DNA of 64,000 nt, from assembly GCF_001194135.2 (NCBI RefSeq), contig NC_068983.1, positions 127,099,551-127,163,550 of the forward strand, in the 5' to 3' direction. The notes under the pieces are model-generated. The model did no database searches and was not told where the DNA came from. It saw nothing but the letters and a program-made list of their open reading frames with translations. The translations under genes were made by a program, and so were the position numbers. Below are positions 53,276-64,000 of this stretch, in pieces; position 1 is the stretch's first letter, and the number at the start of each line of letters is the position of its first letter. The stretch comes from Octopus bimaculoides (Eukaryota).

Positions 53276-54237
53276 AATTACGAGGTGAAAGATGAATGTG
53301 TATAGCGTGTACATTGCCAATATGTATGCATTCAAAATATGAATGATTATTGTGTAGACTAACAGTGTTCTGATTGACAATATTTTGACGGAGATTGTTT
53401 AGCCTGTCTATGATTTCATTGACAAAACAAACACACTAAAACACTGTACCAAACACAATTATATACAAGCATCAGATTATACACGCTCCATATAGGATTA
53501 TATATTTATATGAATATAACGTAGATAACCAAATTTATCTATAAACGAAGCGTTGAAATGTGATGAAAATACAACGAGAAAGTCATTGTCAATTGTTTTG
53601 AGATCTGGCATGACTTGAAAGGCAATCCGGATACGGATTGGTAAGAGTAATATTCTATAAAAATGGAGAAGGAAAATGAGCCAAATCTACCGAGGACAAA
53701 CGTTTCTCATCAAATATTGATACTTACAGTATTTAAGGTTGATGTGTGCGTGTGTGAAGGAAAAGTAATCGAAAATTCGCAATATATTTGAGAGGTTGTG
53801 CGTATGTACATACACAAGTACGCATTCGTGCAAACACACACACACGCACACACACGCACACACACGCACACACATACACACACATACACAAAAACACATA
53901 TATTTATATAGTTATGCACTTACAAAAGAATATCCGATTCGAATAAAAGTTTTATATTACTGGCAATCTCAGCTAAAATATTGTCTGTTACAATTCACTT
54001 GATTTCATTTTCGAAAGTACACTTGTTGTACGCTTGCCAATATATATTTTTTTAAGTAACGATGTTGTTCATTCAGCTAAAAGTGCTGTAGATGTTTACA
54101 CTTTTATAAATTACGTGACGTATTAACCTGAATTATGTGGTGGGAGGTCAAAATTATAACAATTATATGTATATATATGTATATAAATATATATATGTAT
54201 ATATATTTACGTATATATATACATAGTCTGTCATACC

Positions 54238-54277
54238 GGCCATGACGAAGGGAAATAGCCCTGAAACTCGAGTCGCC
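54238..54277 (+). ncRNA. Type I hammerhead motif, family B variant with a 1-nt insertion in the core
   Basis: GGC-C[A]UGACGA-AGGG(AAAUAG)CCCU-GAAAC-UCGA-GUC-GCC. Same stems II and III as the 39.9-kb copies but a different, still paired, stem I. Confidence 0.65.
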
Positions 54278-55271
54278 TTTATATATATATATTTATATTT
54301 ATATCTTTATATATTTGATCCTTTATATTGAACACTCAATATTTTATCTACATTCAATACTTTCTTTGATGGTGCCATCCATTTTTATGTTATTTTATTT
54401 TATATTGTATATTGTATATCATATTATATATTGTATATTCCATATTCTATACCCCACATTAGTTCTGCAGGAATATAAATAAAACATAAAACACAGACAG
54501 TGTTGGAACTCTTTTAAGCAAAATAATATATTCCTCTATACACAATCATACAAAAAAACCCCACCTTTTTTGTATTTATTTTTTACTCGCATATATATAT
54601 ATNNNNNNNNNNNNNNNNNNNNNNNNNNNNNNNNNNNNNNNNNNNNNNNNNNNNNNNNNNNNNNNNNNNNNNNNNNNNNNNNNNNNNNNNNNNNNNNNNN
54701 NNNNNNNNNNNNNNNNNNNNNNNNNNNNNNNNNNNNNNNNNNNNNNNNNNNNNNNNNNNNNNNNNNNNNNNNNNNNNNNNNNNNNNNNNNNNNNNNNNNN
54801 NNNNNNNNNNNNNNNNNNNNNNNNNNNNNNNNNNNNNNNNNNNNNNNNNNNNNNNNNNNNNNNNNNNNNNNNNNNNNNNNNNNNNNNNNNNNNNNNNNNN
54901 NNNNNNNNNNNNNNNNNNNNNNNNNNNNNNNNNNNNNNNNNNNNNNNNNNNNNNNNNNNNNNNNNNNNNNNNNNNNNNNNNNNNNNNNNNNNNNNNNNNN
55001 NNNNNNNNNNNNNNNNNNNNNNNNNNNNNNNNNNNNNNNNNNNNNNNNNNNNNNNNNNNNNNNNNNNNNNNNNNNNNNNNNNNNNNNNNNNNNNNNNNNN
55101 NNNNNNNNNNNNNNNNNNNNNNNNNNNNNNNNNNNNNNNNNNNNNNNNNNNNNNNNNNNNNNNNNNNNNNNNNNNNNNNNNNNNNNNNNNNNNNNNNNNN
55201 NNNNNNNNNNNNNNNNNNNNNNNNNNNNNNNNNNNNNNNNNNNNNNNNNNNNNNNNNNNNNNNNNNNNNNN

Positions 55272-55310
<39 letters not shown>

Positions 55311-55324
55311 GTATATGTTTATGT

Positions 55325-55503
55325 GTCTGTGCTTTTCCCACCAACATCTCTTGACAAATGATGGTAGCGTGTTTACGTCCCCGTAAGTTAGAGGTTCAGC
55401 AAAAGGGACCAAGAAAATATATACGAGGCTCAGAAAGAATAAGTCCTGCGGTCGATTTGCTCGACTGAAGGCGGTGGTCCATCATAGCCGCAGTCAACTG
55501 ACT
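55325..55503 (+). mobile_element. SINE family 2 3' half
   Basis: TTGACAAATGATGGTAGCGTGTTTACGTCCCCGTAAGTTAG..AATAAGTCCTGCGGTCGATTTGCTCGACTGAAGGCGGTG..GCCGCAGTCAA. Confidence 0.85.
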
Positions 55504-55509
55504 AACTTG

Positions 55510-56880
55510 ATATTAATTGACTGTCGTCAATTGATCAAAGGGTCTTTCTGATTTTATCAAGCATTTTATTAGTTGGAGCTAGTATAGCTCTTTCACATAG
55601 CTAGTATACATGAATATAATTGACAGATAAATTATGAACTACTGTATCCATAATATTCCTAAGAGAAAGTATCATTTGGCTGCATGTAATTTCATGTAGC
55701 TGAAGTCTTATCTTGAATGTTAATAAACCATTATCAATCTTAAGAAGCTCGTATGATCACTTTGTAGAACTACTCTCAAGTTGCTTGTGAGATGAAGTTT
55801 CGTCACATATCTCCAAAGGTACGACTTTTTAAACATGCATTGATCTCATCATTTTTAATTGATTGGGGATAACTAGCCACGTTTGACGAAAATCTCCTGC
55901 AAGAACTGTTACTCCTCCCACGAGTGTATTATTGTTTTTTTTTTACATCATTGAGAGTACGGTCAAGTACATCAAGTGCTCCGCGGTGTGACAGTGCACT
56001 CATCTCAAACACTGAGGCGAGTTTCTTGGAGAGCCGTTGCTATTGCAGATTTTTTGGAGATATTGCACATTTCAGATTCTTTCATTACAAGGTTTAGGGG
56101 AACATGAACATGGAATGAGCAGTTCTTACCCCATTGAGGAGGATAGCTGCAATACAAGAAGATGCAACACAAGAAGAAGTTTAGTTTTTATTTTCACCCA
56201 TTTAGCATTGCAGATGAATGCGACAAAAACAACTCTGATTTTCCAAATGTCCTGACATATATCATGGCAGTTTTTGTTCGTTCGTGCAAATGTCGTGGAC
56301 CACATGTGAATTTTGATAGGAGATTCATAAGTTGCCGCATCATTTGAATATCACCATTTGTCTTCAGAGCATCTTTCAGATGAACATAATTTTTTCACTG
56401 AAGTTTTTTTTATTGTTACGTATATAGAGAAGTCGCTCACTCTCAGCTCTAGTATGCATTTCAACCAGGTACTGCTGAAATAGATCACGATACACGTGTA
56501 ATTGATTTGGTTGTTCTAGTCATAACATCAGTTGGTAAGAACAGGAGTCATATGACGACATCTTTTTGTTTGCAATTGGCTCTCTTGTTGCTGGTTTAAT
56601 CTGTGAAATTTTGAAATGATACCGACTTGTCCATTCCACAAAATAAGAGGATATATGAGAGTATCGTAAGCGAGATGAGTTTCTGAAACACGTTTAAGAT
56701 TGTTATCTCGAGCACGAATGAGAATATTACGATTCTCATGGGGATCACCTGCCATAAGAATGGCTACTTCGTTAGATGTGCATTCGTTAAAACTGCGTAA
56801 AATGTCCTTTACTATAGTTTACCATAGACGTAACGAACGCGGAAACACACACCTTCTCACAGGCACATACACACTCATAG
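55510..56880 (-). mobile_element. Internally deleted Helitron RepHel pseudogene (Rep N-terminal region fused to PIF1-like helicase)
   Basis: Minus strand reads NEVAILMAGDPHENRNILIRARDNNLKRVSETHLAYDTLIYPL..DLFQQYLVEMHTRAESERLLYIRNN..GPRHLHERTKTAMIYVRTFGKSELF..CNAKW, then abruptly VASSCIAAILLNGVRTAHS..DEC..LDRTL..AGDFRQ..NACLKS..LCERAILAP. Confidence 0.9.
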
Positions 56881-57229
56881 AATTAATAATATTGAAAACA
56901 ACAAAACGTAGATAAAGGCAGTTCAAGTGAAACGAAAGAAAATCAATATTGGTGTAAAACATACTTTCTGTAGCATAGCTGTGCTATAATTTTTTTTAAG
57001 GAATATTACCTAAAGAGATATTCCAGTGTCGGAAAGTCATCAATTTAGCAAATATACTCGGTTAATATTTACTTTAACACCCGGACAAAAAAAAAAAAAA
57101 GATTAATTTAAAAATAAAAAAGCATGTGTATTAAATGAGCATGAAAACAAAATTTGCGCAACGAACCCGGGAGGTGGGCGAGAACTTTCGGAAAATTCAC
57201 AAGATCCGATGCTTTCCCCTATAACTTAA

Positions 57230-58152
57230 CTAGCTGTTATTCCCGGTTTCACTCGGGCAGTGTGGTGGATTTGGTTAAAGGCTATTTCCTACGTATATTT
57301 TGAATAATAAAAATAACTAAAAATTAAAAAATAAAATAAAAAATTCCAAAAACAAAAAAAAAGTAAGAACAACCCCAAAAAACAATACGATACTAAGGAT
57401 TTTGCGGGTCGATATTGTAAAACTAACTTCACGTGTGTACCCATAGCCCCATGTAGTCACGGAACCTTATTCGTGGTATAACCTCACCTTAAAAGAAAAA
57501 TATATGGTAGTGCGGTTGTTGTATTGGCGACACAAGAATGTTAATCGAAACTGTTCAAGATCAATCATAGGTTGGAAATTCATGTACACTGATTAGAATT
57601 GTGAATTCCAATTATTGAAAACGCGTTGCCGGATGGATACCATTGTGCAGAGTCCGTTTGTCTCAATATGGAAAAACTGTTTGAATGTCGACGTTTGAAG
57701 ACATTTGTAACTGAAGTTTAAAAAAACATAGTAATTAGAAAGAGCGTAAGCTATAGCTTTTTTTTTTAATGCAAAAAAAATTGAAATTATTATTTTTCTG
57801 TGCCTCTGATTAAAATTTTCGAAGAACAAACCCAGCCACATTACTTGGAAAAAAATAATCTTTATTGTGCTGGTTTTTCGTAAAATTGCGCGCATGGGAA
57901 AGGCAACAAAATCGACCCTCCCCACTTTGAATGGGATACTCCTATCTTAAAAAGTAATAATCGATTATTTTGGTAACCATGGGAGTTGGAAGGCAATAAA
58001 AATCTCCTGAAAATGAGCGGACCATACTGCCGCTCTGTGCGGAATTTCACGCGATTCCACTGCGCACGGTTCTCGAGTGAATCTGCCGACACTCACTCAA
58101 TCAATCAATCAAGCAAGCAAGCGATTAAGAACACTGCAATTTATAGTATAGA
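57230..58152 (-). mobile_element. Non-autonomous Helitron, 923 bp, canonical termini
   Basis: Minus strand starts A|TCTATACTATAA followed by a short (CTTG)/(ATTG) repeat. It ends with hairpin CCCGAGTGAAACCGGG, an 8-nt spacer and CTAG|T. Inserted between A and T with no TSD. Confidence 0.85.
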
Positions 58153-59582
58153 TGACATTTTATATAAATACCTTTCAAACGGTCTAGATTTCGATTATAA
58201 AGAAAGTTGTGGGGAGAATTTTCAGAGGGTGGTTGGAGAGGACTTTCAAAGAGAAACAAATTCATAATTTATTATTATTATTATTATTATCTTTTTTTTT
58301 TTTGCTTGAGTGTAATGGAAATAAGGGAAATAGTTCCTTTTTTACCCACCCCAATAAAATTTTAATATATATATATATAAAATGCACGTGCGGAAAATTG
58401 ATTTCCTACCGTGTCTTATACTAATAATGATGAGAAAGTCATAAAAATTAAGAAATTGTCCTAAAAAAGATTTCATTTCTGTACTCAAGTTCCAATTTAC
58501 CTAACGTAAATCCCTAAATTGCCTAACTCTATGAAATTTGCCTGACCTTGGGATATGAATATACTTAATAAAGAAAATAAGTTGATTTTTTTAAATAGAA
58601 GATCTTGATTTTTATGACTTTCCCATCATTACTATTATCAGACATGGTAGAAAATCAATCTACCAACATGTCTATGTAAAAATAAGAAAAAAAAAAAAAA
58701 TGATGCATAGGGGAATCAAAATATGTTTCTCTCATCAAGATACATGGCATCTTTTTTAAAACCTTATTGTTAGTGAAATGAAAAATAAATGAATCTTCCA
58801 ACATTACTGTCACCAATGTTACAATGTACAGAAAGTCAACATTTATTTGGAACATGTACTAAATGTTATAAAATTCAGAATTGAATATCACGGTAAAAAT
58901 TGTTAAGCTCCAAGAAAAAGGCATAATTCAATTTTTCATGCAAAAATAATTTATTATTTTACAAATTTCAAACGAACGCTGAACAAAGTGTCTAGAATGG
59001 AATACGCTGCTCTTGTAAACGTTAATCAATTAAAAACATTTCCTGAAGGATGTACGTAGCAAATCATAAATGCCTTCCACATCACTTACTGTGTAAGGTT
59101 AATATCAGGAATGCAATAAGGATGATAGGACAGTTAAAAAAGCATTATGTTCTAACTTGTTGTAAGCACTGGAATAACATTTCTGTAATTACACAGAAAA
59201 GCCGGTAGGGCTTTCTGCATCACCAAGCTTCCAAATTTGTCACAATAATGAGAATAACCTTTTGTTTTCAGATATATTTGTGAGTGTTGTGAAAGTTGTC
59301 AAATCAGCGAAATCTTCATGGTTATAAAAACACATATCAGCATTTTACTGAAAACCGCTAACGCTGTTTAAATCGCAACTATCAATGATGAAAATAAAAA
59401 TGCAAACAGTGGTAATTGAAAATGAAAGCTGTTGTTTGTTCGAAGTTCAGGCGGCAATTAAACTATGCACTTTCAAAACCGACGCATTTCAGAAAAAGTA
59501 TAAAAAATAGATAGATTGATATATTCACTGACAAGCAGAGAGATAGATCGATAGACAGACGGACAGTTCGATAAATAGATGG

Positions 59583-59584
<2 letters not shown>

Positions 59585-59657
<73 letters not shown>

Positions 59658-59672
59658 TAGATAGATAGATAT

Positions 59673-59715
<43 letters not shown>
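59585..59715. repeat. (TA)n-(GA)n-(GATA)n compound microsatellite
   Basis: Directly visible. Confidence 0.95.
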
Positions 59716-59716
<1 letters not shown>

Positions 59717-60310
59717 GCAGACAAAAAGAGATGTAGTAGACGCAATTATTTGATATAATTTCGATGTATACTGTTCAAAAACTTTATGGAAACATAACAA
59801 AATTGAATTGTAAATTTTCAACAATACCTTTAAATATGTATAATTTCAAATACATTTCAAAATTTGCAAGATATATTTAGCTCTGTAAACATCTATGGAA
59901 AATTTACACAGCAATATCTTAAAAGAAATAACTTTCATATAGACAGTCAACAATTGTAAAAACACGAAATACAATGAGTAGAAAAGAATTTGATTCTGAG
60001 ATCTGTCATGATTTTCTTTTTGAAATTATTGCAATTGAATTTTGTTTTCTGGGTATAGAACGAACACATATATGATAAACAAGAGAAATATTATTTCGCT
60101 CGGATTAAAAATTTAAATAATTGCACAGCATATTTTATACAAGTATGATTGAATATATATCAAAATTGTTGTCAATACATTATTTTTACACAAGTATGTA
60201 GACGTAACAATACACATACAGATTTGTTAACAAATTTCTATCAATCTATAAATATACCTATATGTCTAACAAACTACCAATTTCTCTGTGTATATGTACA
60301 TATGTATGCA

Positions 60311-60369
<59 letters not shown>

Positions 60370-60499
60370 ATACGCAGAGGCACCCACACACAGATACACA
60401 CGAGCACATTTTCTCATGTATAATGTTTAAGATATTACTCTAGAATACATATGTATATACTTATACATATATGCATCTTTTTTTTTGATTTTGTTTTCC

Positions 60500-60880
60500 G
60501 TGCTTAAGACAGTAGATTGCGGCCATTTTGGGGCACCACCTTTAAGGATTCTTAGTGAAAGTATTGACCTCTGTGCATTTCTTAAAGACTAGTACTGAAT
60601 CTATAAATATATTCTGCCGAATCGTTAATTTGCGAGCACTGAAGCACAACAACAAACGTCTAGCGGTTTGGGGGATGGCGAAAATAGACACAAACATACA
60701 CACACGCACGCACGCGCACGCATGCATGCACAAGCACGCACAGACACACACACATGTCTTTTATACACCATATATATATATGATGAACTTCTTTCAGTTT
60801 CCGTGTGCCAAATCCACTCACAAGAAAATATGCGGTCCGAGGCTATAGAGGACAACAGCTATCCAATCTACCACGGGGTA
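60500..60880 (-). mobile_element. SINE family 2 copy (left member of a head-to-head pair)
   Basis: TGCGGCCATTTTGGGGCACCACCTTT.. and CTTTCAGTTTCCG..CCAAATCCACTCACAAG..CCGAGGCTATAG are the reverse complement of the family 2 body. Confidence 0.8.
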
Positions 60881-60884
60881 TAAA

Positions 60885-61290
60885 TTATTTTCCCAATCAC
60901 ACTGTTCCAGATTCAGTCCCTTTTGCGTGAAACCTTGGACAAGTATCTTGTACTATAGTCGCAGGCCGATCAAAGCCTTGTGAGTGGATTTAGAAGACAG
61001 AAACTGAAAAGAAGCCCGTCAAATATATATAGAGAGCGAGAGATGTACGCATGGTGGAGTGTTGTGTGAGTGTGTGTATTTATGTGTGTGTCTTTCTGTC
61101 TGTGCTTCTCCCCCGCCACCATCGCTTGACAACCGATGTTTATGTGTTTACGTTCCCGTAATTTAGCAGGGAGAGGCCGATAGAAGAAGTACCAGACTTA
61201 CAAATCGTAAGTACTGGGTTCGATTTCTTCGACCAAAAGGCGGTGCTCAAGCACGGCGCGGTCAGATGACTGAAACAAGTAAAATAATAA
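60885..61290 (+). mobile_element. SINE family 2 copy (right member of a head-to-head pair)
   Basis: TTCAGTCCC..CCTTGGACAAG..AAAGCCTTGTGAGTGGATTT..GAAACTGAAAAGAAGCCCGTC..ATCGCTTGACAACCGATG..GATGACTGAAACAAGTAAAA. Confidence 0.85.
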
Positions 61291-61832
61291 AATGATATAT
61301 GTGCATGCATATATTATACAGACACCTACAAACATAGCGTAAATGTTTATTGTTGAAAGTACTTTGCTCAGAATTTTTATTGTTTTGTGGGGGTATACTA
61401 TTTTGTGGAGTAATATCTTAAATTATAAATTCATACATAGTAAGACATTAACTTTTTTTCTACTTGCATCACGTTCGTAGGTGATTCGGCAAATAAAGTA
61501 TAATTTATAATACTGTTATGGATTGCCTAATAGCCCTATTCCTCTAATAACAGTAATAGCTTACTTACAGTTCCGACGAGTTAATTTTTTTATCCACGTG
61601 GGCCTACGTAATGTAGGGATAGCTACTTCAGCGATTGTGGGCTAATTTTCAGCAGATTAGGATTAGTAACTTAAAAGAAACTGCAGTCACATGAGTTTGA
61701 CCAGCAGCAGTGACCAATAATTGAATTTGCAAATATGCACTTATAGCTGTTCTTACACGCATATGCACATGTAGCTAATTATGCATGCCTCTTAGTAAGT
61801 ATGTAAATACACACATACACACGCACACACAC

Positions 61833-61866
<34 letters not shown>

Positions 61867-64000
61867 GAAGTGAGAGTGATGCGATGGATATAGATAGATA
61901 GATAAAATTTCAGCATGGACCAATTGTTAATTTTTTTTTTTTTTTGAGAATTGCTTCAAGCACACATTTGTCTGTTTCGGTATCTGATTACTTGCCCCGG
62001 TTTCTAGGGGATTTTAAAAAGAGAAATTGTTCACAATGTAATTTTGCATGCTCTCCCAGCTTATACAAAACATAACTGACGTTAGAATAACTTCTTTACG
62101 CAAAAGCAGTTCTCCAAGAATATATTTCTCAATATATTTCTCAATCGATAGCCCTAACACATTTACGAACATCTAAAATAGAAGCCGCATTTACTTAGTA
62201 AATTATGACCATGACACGAATGCATAAACTTAATATTCTTCAGCTTCGTTTAATGTGTATAGTTATACCCATGTGTAAATGAATTTTATACGTGCACACC
62301 TGTGTGTATGTGTGTCTATATGTATGTACGTATGTATGAATGTATGAGTGCATGTATGTAAGTATATGGGTATATTTGTATGCATGTATGTATGTATGTA
62401 TGTATGTATGTATGTGCGTGCCCATGTTGGTGTGTGCGCGCACATATGAGTTTCATTGGAAAATTTTATGAGATATCAATACATCGTTGATATAGTTCGG
62501 CTGATATTCCCGAATGATCAGAGTGACAAGAGAAGTTGTGACTGAATATAAATAAATATTCTAACTCGGCAGCTGATTATACGAGTTTTCAAGTACGCCA
62601 GATGTGTCTGATTCGATTTGATAACTAAAATGTATTTCTCTATTGACAGGTTTTTATAAATTACATTTGACTATGAGTGATACGAAGATTTTGAAGTGAA
62701 ATCGATAACAAAGGCGTCTGACATATAAAATAACTGAAAATCGCAGTGGCCCGGGAACAAAATTTGCTTAGGGGGTGCAAATTCAGTTTCAAAATTTGGC
62801 ACTACTGGAGAAGTGTGGATCCGAGTTCTGGGAGTATACATGTCACAAATTTGCGCATGTGCCCGTGTTAGTCGTAAGTAGTCAAATTTAGCACACAGGT
62901 AAAAAACGAGATGCTCGCTACTTGCTGTAAATGGAGAGTGGGTTATCCATCTAATACAAGAAGAAAATTGCAGATTAATTGAATAAAAGCATGAAAAATA
63001 ACAAAATGACATTTCATTGAAAAGTAAACCATTCTGAAAGATAGTTCAGAATGTTTTCAAAACATTCATCTCCAGCTTTTCCCATATTTTATTAAGGGTT
63101 AGGGTTTAAAGTTAGGGGGGGGTGAATGTTTTNNNNNNNNNNNNNNNNNNNNNNNNNNNNNNNNNNNNNNNNNNNNNNNNNNNNNNNNNNNNNNNNNNNN
63201 NNNNNNNNNNNNNNNNNNNNNNNNNNNNNNNNNNNNNNNNNNNNNNNNNNNNNNNNNNNNNNNNNNNNNNNNNNNNNNNNNNNNNNNNNNNNNNNNNNNN
63301 NNNNNNNNNNNNNNNNNNNNNNNNNNNNNNNNNNNNNNNNNNNNNNNNNNNNNNNNNNNNNNNNNNNNNNNNNNNNNNNNNNNNNNNNNNNNNNNNNNNN
63401 NNNNNNNNNNNNNNNNNNNNNNNNNNNNNNNNNNNNNNNNNNNNNNNNNNNNNNNNNNNNNNNNNNNNNNNNNNNNNNNNNNNNNNNNNNNNNNNNNNNN
63501 NNNNNNNNNNNNNNNNNNNNNNNNNNNNNNNNNNNNNNNNNNNNNNNNNNNNNNNNNNNNNNNNNNNNNNNNNNNNNNNNNNNNNNNNNNNNNNNNNNNN
63601 NNNNNNNNNNNNNNNNNNNNNNNNNNNNNNNNNNNNNNNNNNNNNNNNNNNNNNNNNNNNNNNNNNNNNNNNNNNNNNNNNNNNNNNNNNNNNNNNNNNN
63701 NNNNNNNNNNNNNNNNNNNNNNNNNNNNNNNNNNNNNNNNNNNNNNNNNNNNNNNNNNNNNNNNNNNNNNNNNNNNNNNNNNNNNNNNNNNNNNNNNNNN
63801 NNNNNNNNNNNNNNNNNNNNNNNNNNNNNNNNNNNNNNNNNGATACAGGTGAAGACAAGATAAGCTGCATTAACGCCAACACTTGTAGCATACTAGAACG
63901 AAAAATAGCATCAGACGCTCTCTATTTTTCAACTATGTCATTAAATGAGTTAGGCAAATTTTCCCTTTCCGTCCATAGGCCAGTAAGAAGTTTGATTTGA

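Noticed and set aside
63092-63122. TTAGGG-like motifs beside a gap
   Set aside because: Only two or three degenerate units; too short to call an interstitial telomeric array.

Overview
AT-rich, microsatellite-dense eukaryotic DNA from a short-read-type assembly. It has 15 N-gaps, most bordered by simple repeats. The SINE families and repeat landscape suggest an octopod cephalopod such as Octopus (inference from remembered repeat consensus, not a search). No host protein-coding gene, tRNA or rRNA gene can be supported. The window is a layered transposon graveyard: an RTE-like LINE 3' fragment with C2H2 zinc fingers; R4/Dong-like RLE-LINE remnants, one split by a 1346-bp mariner with TIRs and TA duplication; a second mariner remnant; CR1/L2-like RT fragments; two Helitron RepHel remnants and two non-autonomous Helitrons; a Penelope-like GIY-YIG fragment; and many tRNA-derived SINEs. 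The most notable signal is five hammerhead-ribozyme-like motifs in two families. Two of them sit in the arms of a 154-bp inverted duplication (39669-40041), each inside its own rod-like fold closed by a 14-bp inverted repeat. Two unexplained long hairpins (16604-16739, 18165-18496) and two head-to-head SINE pairs are also present. All translations and alignments were done by eye, and most boundaries are approximate.
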